From Bigelowiella natans CCMP2755 (Eukaryota; Protista; Cercozoa): a DNA stretch of 64,000 nt. The stretch lies in NCBI GenBank assembly GCA_000320545.1, contig ADNK01002143.1:1-64000 (forward strand). Direction: 5' to 3'. Position 1 is the first letter of the stretch. Each line of letters starts with the position of its first letter. Below, one piece after another: positions 27,480-41,358 of this stretch. Made by a program: the position numbers and the translations under genes. The notes under the pieces were generated by a model. The model had not been told where the DNA came from and did not search any database. It was given only the letters and a program-made list of their open reading frames with translations.

Positions 27480-28960
27480 TCACTTTGAGTCTCCTTTCGA
27501 AGATGAAGGAAGCTGAACTTTCATGCATGTCCTTCATCTTATGTGTGCAGCTGTTCCACAACCCCATCATCCGATCATTTCATCAAGTCATCATTGAGTG
27601 GAACCTGCATTGTGGCCACACCACAACTGCGCACACACACAAAGCACATGACACATGGCAGATGCGCATGCTCATGTTTGTGTGTGTGTCTGCATCTCCA
27701 CTTAGCTTTGCGATGCACAACATGCTCACCTAGGTGGTCATGTGCATTCATGTGCATCACGCGGTTCACAGTGCATTGGTGAAAAAGCACAGAGTCGGCA
27801 AACTGGGGCCAAGTTGTGAAGTGTTGGTGAAAAAGCCCAGAGTCGGCAAACTGGAGCCAAGCGTCGTGACCGTCGCCAAGTGGCAACATCATCGCGACTG
27901 GGCGGATGTGTTGTGCACCAGTGCACACACATCAGACGTGCGTGTGCATGGAACAGCTCCAGAGCTGCTGCTGCATCAGCCGATCGATGGGATGGATCGA
28001 TTCACTGCTGTGACTCGTTCACGCACTTGCCAGCTTGGGTGCTGCCAAAAAGATCGACGCAGCACACTCGTAGCTGCCAGCAAGCTCTAGAGCTGGACGC
28101 ACGTAGCGTCTGAAACAACCAACAATATGAGCAGAGAGCAGGAGACGTTTGGTTTGAACGAGTGAATCGTTTCCAACGCTAGAACGGTGCAGTCGTCGAA
28201 GCACAGTCAACTGATCAGAGCACGCCTTCTGACCTTGCTAGCTTGTTCGTTGAGCGAGCAAAAAATGAACGATTCAAGAAGTTCGATGGCACACCACAGA
28301 CACACGCACGTGCAATGCACACGATGCACGTGTCATGTGCACTGAAGACTGTGTCCATTGTGCACAGCTGAAAGGAGTGAACGAACGAAGCGATTCCAAG
28401 CAAGCAGTTCAAAGGATCATCATTGGACACTCTGATTCATCCGTGCCAAGGGTTCGTTGAAAGCTGAACACGTGAACAGAACTGAGTGAGTGAGTGCCTG
28501 AACGAGTGAAATCCACACTCATCCCGACTGGCATGAACGATCGAATGAACAATGAACAATGATGATGAACCACATGTCCAAAGTGTTGCAAGACACTTGC
28601 AGTGTGCGGAATGCAGTGCCTGAATGAATGAATGAAAACATGATTGGTTCCTTGCACGACCTCGGATTCATCCTCGAAAATGATTGCGGGTGCACTTTGC
28701 AATGAACAATGAACAACGAAAAACACGTCTCCAAAGTGTGACATGACACTTGCAATGTGCGAAATGCAGCGCCTCGAACTGGCTTCAGTGAGGACTGACT
28801 AGCAAGCTAGCGGGGTGCATGCAAATTGGCACAAACTGGAGATTGAATGCATCACAACTGACAACTGAGTGACGACGACGACGCAAAGCATCCATCCTGA
28901 GCAGGCACACATCCTGACAGCCACGTCCACACAAGTGCGACACAATGAGGTGATGTCGCA
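27480..28960. other. TpA-depleted, TpG/CpA-rich intergenic domain
   Basis: Hand count of about 11 TA in ~1480 bp, 9 of them TAG. No TA in 27733-28070 or 28241-28799. Confidence 0.9.
27776..27861. repeat. 51-bp-period tandem duplication
   Basis: ttggtgaaaaagcacagagtcggcaaactggggccaag / ttggtgaaaaagcccagagtcggcaaactggagccaag. Confidence 0.85.
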
Positions 28961-29178
28961 GGGGTGCTAAAATATGAATGCGACAAGGAAAAAATGCAGT
29001 CGCAATGTGGGAACGGCAACATACTAATAACTACCACATTTCCACCCGGTGCTTGCAGTTCGTAGATCATCATCATCATCGTTCTGGTGGTGGTGCTGCT
29101 GCTGGTGGTGCACTTTTGGAATCGACGTGCCTTCTCCAGCCGTCCACCTGCATCGTATATCATCATTAGTCTTCGATC

Positions 29179-29830
29179 ATGGCTGTCAGGGGAATTTGGG
29201 CGATACACTCTTCAGGAAGCCTCGTATACTCAAGGTATGAGAGTACTTGTACATCGTTCCAGAGAGTAACTTTAATCTGTCCTCCTTTCTATGTTATCGC
29301 GTTTACGCTCATGCAGGAAGTTTCCCACAGTCGAAGCTAGAGTAAAGGTAATGTTGCATTAGTGTGGTAGGAGGCTCCTCTTAACCAATCGACAAAAACT
29401 GTAGTAGTGTTATCTGAATACTCACTCAAATCGGATATTTTGCCTACAAATCATGAAACGAATAAGATGTGTACAGGATTACATGTACTCTCCTGATCGT
29501 ACATATCCACTTATACTTCAGAGACGAGAACGCAAGGGTGGTGGTAACTATCGAGCGGTGCCCTGTGACCTGGAGTTTCTCAAGGTATTAGGTCGTTTGG
29601 TAGAAAAAGGGAAGAGAGGAGTGTGATACTACGAATGCCTACTGCAAATTATTATCATTAAAGTCGGTGCTTCCACCCCTTCTCCTCACTTTTGAAACAG
29701 TCAGTAGAAAAAGAGATTCTAGATATAAATGCCGAGAAAAATGAACCTATCGTGTCATGCGCTGGAGGCAGGTGATCAATCTTGACGAATAACAGCAACA
29801 GGGGAAGGTGGTGGTGGTGGTGGTGGTGGT

Positions 29831-29867
<37 letters not shown>

Positions 29868-30281
29868 TATATAGGAGAGAGCGGACAAAACAGGCATAAT
29901 GGATGTTGTTGTTGGCTACTAAATAGAGACACTACTAGTTCTCGTAACAGTAGCACCGTTGGTAGATAAACAGCAATGTGTATGGCTTTTCCCCCCTAGG
30001 TGGCACTTGGTTGTAGTGAGACGTAATGAGCTAATATTGTTTGCCTTACCTGCTGCCACGGGAATAAATAACACTACTACAACTACAACTTCAACTTGTA
30101 CTTTCAATGACCCTGGGGTAGCTCTTACCGTATCCCTCCTGCAGGTAGATAATAGGGAACCGACACAACCAAGAAAGGCATGATGATCAATCAACAGAAT
30201 ATACATTATTTCCGTACTACACAATAACAATACAAAGGAACTTATAGTGGAACTGCAAAATGGCTCTTTCAGAAGGTATGC

Positions 30282-30315
<34 letters not shown>

Positions 30316-30469
30316 GCAATGGTGAGAGAGAAATGGCGCAGACACAAATGCTTATTATTTGCGAGAGCCTTCTTCTTCCAAGCCCTTTTATATTATGAAG
30401 AACCACTACCTTTGAAGTGACCCCAATCGAAATATAATGATAGTAACGATAACAATAATACCAATACTC

Positions 30470-30507
<38 letters not shown>

Positions 30508-30678
30508 AGGGTAGAGCTAGTGGAGTTTGATCGTCTCGTGAGCACCATCATGCCTTTTGGACGGTAATCATAACCCCCCCCCCCCCCCCCCTCCCCTATC
30601 TTCCAGTAGTAGTACTAGGAATCGTAGGGTTAAGGATGAGGATAATGACGATGACGATCATGTGCACCTATGATGTGG

Positions 30679-30710
<32 letters not shown>

Positions 30711-30879
30711 CCTGATTGCATCCATACTTGCCTCCTACCCGTGGGTCTTTCTACTACTACTTCTTCTTCTTCTTTTTCTTCTTCTTGTTACATGGTGGTG
30801 ATGATGGTGACGATGATGGTGACGGCATTAGATCTATTGGTGTCACAGTTGCAAAAGCAAAAAAGGAGTTGATGAGGTA

Positions 30880-30910
<31 letters not shown>

Positions 30911-32048
30911 ATTATAATAATAAGAGTAGCAGAGTTGTTGTTGTTGTTGTAGTAGTTGTTGTAGTTGTTGTAGTTGTTGTAGTTGTTGGTGTTGTTGGTG
31001 TTGTGTGTTGCCATCACCTGTTTCCTGCTTAGCTACTACCTTGGTTGTACCTACTAGTTACACTGATTAGTACTTCTTATAACTCATATGTAACACTATC
31101 AGCCAATTGTTCTCTTGCTTTCTTCTTCTTTCTCTCTTCCTCCTCCCCCTCCTCCCCCCTCCCTAACTGTGTTTGTTTTTTCCAGCTACAACAGCAATAG
31201 CAGCAGAACTAAATCATCAGAAATAGTAAGGGTTGTTAGTGTGGATACTACTAATACGGATTCGATATCGTCATCGTCGTCATCATCGATGCACATGTCT
31301 TCAAAGACTACGAGATCAACGTCTAGTATCGCCTCATCATCACCCTCCACAACAACATCAATGATGATAGAAAGAAGCAGCTTGGGAGACCAGAGTCGAG
31401 CCAAAACCTCCTACTCCTCCTCCTCCTCCTCTTCCAATGCCTCTCCCTCCTCAAGTACAGGGAGGAATAAAGGAGATCTGACGTAAGAAGACGCAAATTG
31501 TTATTATGATATATAGCAATGTCATGTGAACGATGATGATAATGATGATGATGAGGAGGAGGAGGAGGAGGAGAGGGGGAGGAGGCGAAATGATGATGAT
31601 GATGGTGACAGATAGTGCTACATACTAGTACTAATGATGATGATGATGAAGGTGACAGATAGTGCTACATACTACTACTATTTTGGTCACCTAGCCTCCT
31701 AAGAGCAAGACTTCAAAACAATAGTGCTTTGTTGTACGATTGAAACAAATAATAATGGCTTCATTATGTGTGTTTCCCCTCTCCTTGTTTTCTTCTTCTT
31801 CTTCTTCTTCTTCTTCTTTTGGATGTATTCTATCTAGATTGAGTGTCGTAGAAGTCGTGAATGCTGTCATATTTGGTCCAAGGTATGATGGTGATGATGA
31901 CGACGAGGATGATGATGATGATGATGAGGATGATGATGTATTCGTCGTCGTTGTTCATAGAAGAAGAGTCAATATCATCATCATCATCATCATCGTCGTA
32001 ATGATGCATGCAGAGCAAACATCTCTTCTTACCGTAATGTTTGTTCTT

Positions 32049-32096
<48 letters not shown>

Positions 32097-32190
32097 GGAT
32101 TTAGATGATATGTACGCTGCTACTTGGTTGCAGACCTTGTGAGCAAGACGTAAAGATAAGCGGGTTCATTCATGCTCGGGTAATAATAGT

Positions 32191-32222
<32 letters not shown>

Positions 32223-32810
32223 AATGATGATGACGTATATGTTATGACTTGGTGCCGGTAGGTTGTTGACAATTTGCTGGTTTATCATCATCATCTCATT
32301 TATCATTCTTCTTCAGCTTTCTCTGCTGTTTTCTCATTTGCATCGTTCTGCTTTTCTATCTTATGCTTCGTTATGAAAATGGGAGAATAAACAGCACCCA
32401 TTAACAACCCTGTAGGAGGAGCTGATGTTTTTGCTGTTATTGTTACTATGTATGATGACTCCTCCGTAAGGGTATGATATTCATGCGGTAGTAGTAGTTG
32501 TAGTTGTTGTTGTTGTTGTTGTTGACAATTCTTTCTCTTGCCCCCATCCATCTCATCATCTATTAGGCGACTGTTCAGAATGAATGCAGAATACGAGTCA
32601 GCTTGCGCAACGAGTTGGAAAAGATATATGACGTTAAGACGACGACGTAATACAATCTTTCTTATCACATCTTACAGCTACTTCCTCACCTTCCTTTCCT
32701 AACACTACAACGAACCACGCTCAAATCGAATAACTCCACATTTATAGTTTCTCCCTAATGCCTTCTTCTTCGTTCTTTTTCCTTTCTTTCTTCTTTCTTC
32801 TTGTTTGTGT

Positions 32811-32846
<36 letters not shown>

Positions 32847-33508
32847 GTTTTACTGTGTTTGAAGGCGGGGAGGTGCAAGCTGATTTATTTCCTACAAACA
32901 TGTTGTCGTTATCATCGTCATCATCATCATCGCCTTATGGAGGTGGTGGAGGTGGTGGTGGTGGTAATGATGATGGGGATGGAAGAAGAAGAAGAAGAAC
33001 ACAGTCTTCTTCTTCTTCTTCTCCTTCTCATTCAGAAAGTTTAGTGCTTTGCACATATCTCGTTGCAGGCTCTCCTCCTCCTCCTCCTCCTCCTTCTCCT
33101 CATTATCCTGTAGTAGTAGCAGCCAATACTCAGAAGGAGCTCAAGCAGAACTGTCCGCAACTTCCATTCAAAGTCAAGTATAAAGTTCTCTCGTCAACGA
33201 GAAAAGCTTTCACTTCGCAGGTCTTGCTGTTGGCCTGAGATGATATTTTTTATGGATATTACACATGATCATCATCGTGATTGCCATCGTTATTTTCACC
33301 AAGGCCATTTCTGCCTATAGATTTATGCGAAATTATCACCATCTCTGTAGTACCAAATAGGCCGAATTAAATGAATGATAAGAACACAGTTGTTTTTGAT
33401 TGTCATTCATTATCACGCATAGTGACTGCATTTTAGAGCAAGAACAAAGAAGAATATATCACACGACCTTTTTCTTCTTGTGTCATGGTTTCTCAGGATT
33501 TACTTATC

Positions 33509-33546
<38 letters not shown>

Positions 33547-33793
33547 GTTAGATTTGGATCGAAGCTGAAGATACTACAACTGCTACAACCAAACTCTGCA
33601 GCAGCACGTTTGACAACCTCAGAATCGACATTCCTCTTGGGCAAGTATGTTTTGATATAGATGAGATTAGAATTAGAAAAAATCTCAAGAAAAATGAATG
33701 AATGGGAGATAGAATATTTAATAGGAAAGCAAGGGTGGGGAGTGCTATTGGTTGTGTAAATTAGCAGCAAAGAATATTCAGTATCTATCTTCC

Positions 33794-33834
<41 letters not shown>

Positions 33835-33854
33835 TCTCTTTTTCTCTCAATACG

Positions 33855-33887
<33 letters not shown>

Positions 33888-33898
33888 CACGTACACAT

Positions 33899-33931
<33 letters not shown>

Positions 33932-34114
33932 GACTTTCACCATCATCATCATCATCAATCATCATCATCATCATCACCACCACCAGCAACAGCGCCACCA
34001 CCACCACCAATATATTGTTGTTGAACGTTGTTGATCATCAATTAGGCCTCATTCAAAGACTTCAAGGCTATTCAGGTACTACGTCTACAATGTCTACTAC
34101 TGTATTTTCAAGTA

Positions 34115-34165
<51 letters not shown>

Positions 34166-34918
34166 ATTTATACTATTGTATGGTATGGATAGCCAAAATT
34201 TAAGTAAGTAGTTGATGCATGTGTGAAGAATAATGATGATGACGACGATGATGCGAATCAACTACCAGATGAATTCAGGGACAATCGTAAGACCGCATGG
34301 AGATACTGAGTAAGACAAATATGATATACGATGAGATCATGATTCATGATAACTATGATCATTCTCCTCCTCCTCCTCCCCCATTCTCGTACCATGTGCC
34401 CCTTTCTTCCATTATCATCAACTTACATGCTGTTCTCCACCTTCAACAAACATTGCTGTTTGTCCATATTAGTGTGAGAGCCGTTTGGAGACCTTACGCT
34501 AAAGCCAAGAGTAGGGGGGGGGGGGAGAGACAAAAAGGATGGCCTGTACGACATTTATCAACTTCATCATCATCAACAATAAGCGAAACAAAAAAAGGGG
34601 GAGGAGGAGGAGGAGGAGGAGGAGGAGGACCAACACTTTTTCAACGATCAAAGCAATCTGCAGCAGCTCGTGATGATGGTGATGGCGATGACGATAAAGG
34701 GGGGAGAGGAGGAGCAGGAGGAAGAAGAGGGCAAATTGTTCGGCGCGCGAGCTTGGTCTTCAAAGTACGACTTGCTCAGCTCGATGAAAGTCACGTTGAG
34801 AGTAATCTTAAACCGCAACCGGTAGGTAGGTAGGTAGGAGGCAATGAAGTCAGTCATTATTACCAGTGGAGTGCATATCGTCTGCTTACTTACTAAGTGA
34901 TGAGAGTGTCGGATTCAT

Positions 34919-34951
<33 letters not shown>

Positions 34952-35411
34952 GTGGAGGTGGTGAGTGTGTGAGTGTGTGAGTATGTGTTGCTAGTCATCA
35001 TCATCATTATTGTCGCAGATCGATGGCCCTACAAGCTTTGTTTTGCTGCACTGGACGCAACCGAAAACAATCAGTGGGATAGTGCCTAAGGTGCTTGTTA
35101 CAGCACTACACAACACAACACTATACAACAAATATCTTCGTCATCTCTTGCTTCTTCTTATTCTTCTTCTTTTTCTCCTTCTCAGAATGATTCTAAAATT
35201 TGATGTTGCTGATAAACACAGGTTATGGGAGAAAGACTCAAGTTGAGGGTGCAGGAAAGGTGGGTTTTGATGAGTAGCCATCATTATCATCTAAGTAGCA
35301 TGTATTTTATTCACGAATCAACAACATCATGCAGCACTCGTACGGAAAAGGTTATCATAGCGGATCAAATATATTTTACAGGTAAATAATACATCATGAG
35401 ATTTGGTACAT

Positions 35412-35452
<41 letters not shown>

Positions 35453-35503
35453 TATTTATTTATATGCATATTTATATTCCCACATTATTATTCAGCTGGA
35501 TGA
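29179..35503 (+). CDS. AP5M1: AP-5 adaptor complex subunit mu
   Basis: N-terminus MAVRGIWAIHSSGSLVYSR|KFPTVEARVK..YRAVPCDLEFLK resembles the AP5M1 start (RAVWLI...FSRRYPTVEKR...VPEDGPFLK); WHLVVV; IMPFGR. Mu-homology motifs LSVVEVVNAVIFG, LVLCTY, LPFKVKY, FDNLRIDIP, TISGIVP. Probable stop TGA 35501-35503; internal exon edges approximate. Confidence 0.8.
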
Positions 35504-36663
35504 GATCTTAGCGCTAGAAGTTTTCTCTCTCCGAAGTTCCAGATAGTTCTACAGTTACGTCATCGCTTTGCTGCTATGCTTTGATACTACCGCTCGATGT
35601 TTGTGGGAAACAACATAAAGGAATTGTAGATGGTTGTGTTGTGATAACGCATCCTGCACATGGGTTACTACGTGGCCTTAACAGAATCTGCTCATTATTT
35701 CAAACGAATGAAAATGAATCAAAATTTTGTGCTACATTATATTGACGGCGCTAGCTAAGCTCATTATGTTGGAAAACAGATATGTCGTTGTATAGAGTTG
35801 TAGAAGTAGTAGAGTAGTAGTAGTTGTAGTAAAGGCATTACCTGTTGTATCACAGCTACGCCGCATCAAGTGAATGCATCAACTCATCGTTGTCGTACGC
35901 ATCGCATACTGACCCCTGACTGGCAATGCTAGAATGGCAATGGTTGTACAGCAATGACAATCTAGATCCAGAGATTGCTAGAATGCATGGCTGACGGGCG
36001 AACAGACCCACAGATGAATGATACGGTAGAGATCGTGACATATTTGTAAGACGGATGTAATGTAATATAAAACAAAGCATTACACTTTTCAATGGTCATC
36101 CTAATGCGGCTGTCTAGCTGTGCAAGTTTTAATGATGTACTCGCAAAAGACCTCATTCTCATCTCTAGTCATGCTCAGTTACGCACAGTTCGCATCACAA
36201 CACAAACGAAATTCTACAATCAGCTGTAATCAATTCATTGATTACATCCGTCTCACAACCAACTCTAGAACTCTAGAACTGCCGAAAGTCAAAATCTAGT
36301 GATGGACAGGGATCGGACGCTGACGTGAAGAAATCGTCTCGAGAGGAGAAACAAAGAATGTCGCATGTCCCCACTGCACTAGTGCACGCCTTGCGCGACT
36401 ACACGTACTTGTATACCCAAGTGCGCAAGCATTGATGACAATATTTTTGCAAGTAAATGCATATATGACTAGATATAAATTTATATATTGCCAAACAACT
36501 ATCATGTATTGAGCTTTATCCAACTTAAAGTTATGAATCTTAGTTTGAAATTCTTTGCATTCACACTCAGTTCTTTTGATGTTCGATTGGAAACTAAAGT
36601 CCATGCATGTAATGCATGGGAGTCTTTTCGTCGATGGGAGAGCAGTTTGAACCACTACGCAGT

Positions 36664-38586
<1,923 letters not shown>

Positions 38587-38778
38587 GTCTCTAGGGGTAA
38601 AACGCAGGCTGTTCTACTTCAAATCATAACGGCAATATTTTCACTCACGCAACTCGTATCTGCGTGAGAGATCCAGAGATCATCAAGAGTATTAATGGTT
38701 TGGATTACCGGGACTACCGGGATTATACGTAATCCCGGAACCCAAGCACCTCGTCCTTTCCATCCGCCTCCGACGGTG

Positions 38779-40400
38779 ATGAGCGGAGGCAGGAGGAACA
38801 CTAGCGATGGCAAGCTACTTCCAAAAAGCAGCCCGGATACTTTGCCACAATCTATTGGGTCCAAAGAATGGGAAAAAATTCTTAATCGTCGCAAAATATC
38901 TCGCAAGTAGGATAAACTTCACGTACTTGTAGTTCTCATACATGTGACTAAAAGTAGCTTTGTTCAGGGCCATAGACGCTATTGTAATGAACTTCTTTGT
39001 CGTCGCTGGACTCAAGGATGTTGCTAAAGCTTTTAGAAAGGATTCCGGCCTTAAACGTATTGAATCATTGTTTCATTGAGTTCCTTCCGGTATGCCCCTT
39101 CTCCCCCATCCTTCTCCTTACCGTGTATGTACATTATAACGCAGCGGAAGTTCCACTGGAATCAATGCAGGATCGAATGGAGATTCGTGAGGAAGTTTTT
39201 AAGGGCGACATCAAAAGAGTAAGTAACTCCTTCTAATTAGATATCCACTGAAGTGACATCATCTTCTACAGGTGATAGAGAAATTGAACGCCTTGAATCC
39301 TGAGGTGATCACTCATCATCGTGTCTACTTTCTCCTTGGAATCCATTTAACATTTATACGAACTTAGATTCTCAAAAATCAACCGGATCTAGATTTTATG
39401 CTTCAACAGCAATATTTCATTGAACTAGTTAGGGAGGTAATAAATCAATAACACATTATTATTAAGGGCGTAGCTTGGAAGTTAATTAGACAATCATTTC
39501 GTTAATATAAAGAAGGGGCCAGACAAAATCGAGGAGTGCCTAGACTTTGCTCGAAGAGAACTAGCTCCACGAGCTGCAGAAAATGTATAATCCTAACCCT
39601 CTAATAGCTAATCATTAACAAACAACCAACAACATCAATGAATGTGCTTTATTCCCAATCTATGCCAAAATCAAAATAATCTGGGAACATTATGACTGCT
39701 TCATGCTGATTATTTTTTACAATGTATATTTTGTAGAATTTCAATGGTAGTCTCTATTAATTTAAATCCTGATGCACCTTCTTTCAGGAGCAGAGCTTGG
39801 GTGAGATGGAGAGAGTTATGGCCCTGCTGGCATTTCCAGATCCTGCAAATAGTGCAGTTGGTGATCTTCTCAGGTGCTACTTACCTACTCACTTTATGAT
39901 GACGACGATGGCATTTAAGTTAATTTAATTATGGAGGGGCCTCGTTATATAAGGAAAACAATGAGTTTTCGATGCAATTTTAACAAAATCAAGTGTCATT
40001 ACCACACATCATGATGTTTTATATGGTATACACAGCTATGATAGGCGGGAAAAGGTGATTAGCGCACTCAACACTGCCATTCTCAACAGCCAGAGCCAAA
40101 GCAAAGGTAAGACAAGATAAAATCTCGTTTAATTGGGAAGCGAGAATATATGTGTTGTTGCAGATCCAAAAATATTGAAGATACTTCGTCAGCTGGTTAA
40201 ATAATTATACATTTAGATGCCGATCGATATAAAAATGGAAATTAAATATTTTGAAGGTGTTTGCGCAGAAGCAACTTCAAGATAAGATAGGCTGTCAGTT
40301 TCCTATGCTAAAGTAAGTTTCTTGTTCATTCTCCTCTCCTTAACACTTACCTGATGAGCTCTACGTTTTTCTTTGAAGGGATTTTAAAAAATCATATTGA
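38779..40400 (+). CDS. GID8: GID8/TWA1 (LisH-CTLH-CRA) subunit of the GID/CTLH E3 ligase
   Basis: EWEKILNRRKISRK|AIDAIVMNFFVVAGLKDVAKAFRKDSG (LisH), RMEIREEVFKGDI..IEKLNALNPE|IL..LDFMLQQQYFIELVR (CTLH), LDFARRELAP..EMERVMALLAF..RREKVISALNTAIL (CRA). Confidence 0.9.
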
Positions 40401-41358
40401 AAAAATCTGGAGACTGAAGGGAAGGGTATTTAAGTTAGAGCTACCAGATGAAGAATCATACGATTGTCTGGAAACCAAAAAGCACTCTTCTTTCATCTGC
40501 ACGGCGTACTAGTGCAGCCGAATGGATGAAGCGTCGTTGGATGGTGTGCTGTAGCGTCGATCATAATAGATAGGTGTTGTATTATTACGGTGTCTATCAT
40601 TTGTTTTAATACATCGCATGCAAATTCAATCATAATACTTGTTATGTTGACTGTAATCGGAATCGAAGCTATGTCATTAATAATTTGCATTCGAATCCAA
40701 GTTTGCGCCCAGCTATAGCCAGCCGACTTGTCGCTGTGATGGCCACATATGTGCACACACATGCATGTGTGCACACATGCTAGCATGTGTGCATACATGT
40801 CACACACCATGGCCACAATGCAACATGGAACTAGCCGCCATGTTGCTTTTATTTTGTTCTATAGTTAATTGTGCATGCCGCTGCACACGCTAGCACGCCG
40901 TCCTTACTAGCTTACATTACAGGTGCGGTGTGGCACACAGTATACAATACATTCATCCTGTTTGGCATCCCCTCGTATACATATTTTACATGGATATATT
41001 GTAGCGCAGTCGTAGTGCAATGCAGGCCGGTCTGCGCACACATTTGTGCAAGACCAATGACTACATATTCATGCAGCTATGGTGATATGATGCGTATAAT
41101 ACGTACTAGCGTATGCATATCTAGATATCAGTCAATCGCGCAGGCGCTTTTACGATGATGTTACGTTGGGATGACGACAGCTTTACACAAGACAATTGTA
41201 ATTCGGAACCATTATGGAAAAATACACCTGACATTTCTTTCTCAGTGCCACACAAAACTAAGTCTAGTACACTATGTTAAGCAGTAAAAATAGATTAAGC
41301 AATATGACACACTGGCTCGCGGACGCCATATTTCTGTAGGAAATATGTGGGAAAACGT

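Noticed and set aside
27776-27861. Repeat-spacer-like pattern
   Set aside because: Only two units in a eukaryotic context; a simple duplication, not CRISPR.
27212-28760. Many overlapping 60-170 aa ORFs (also 47860-49100, 53480-54740, 58889-59743)
   Set aside because: A by-product of TpA loss removing TAA/TAG stops. They occur in most frames, lack Tyr and have no motifs.
27480-28960. Classical RIP or CpG-methylation decay as the cause of TG/CA richness
   Set aside because: RIP would raise TpA, and CG remains common in these domains.
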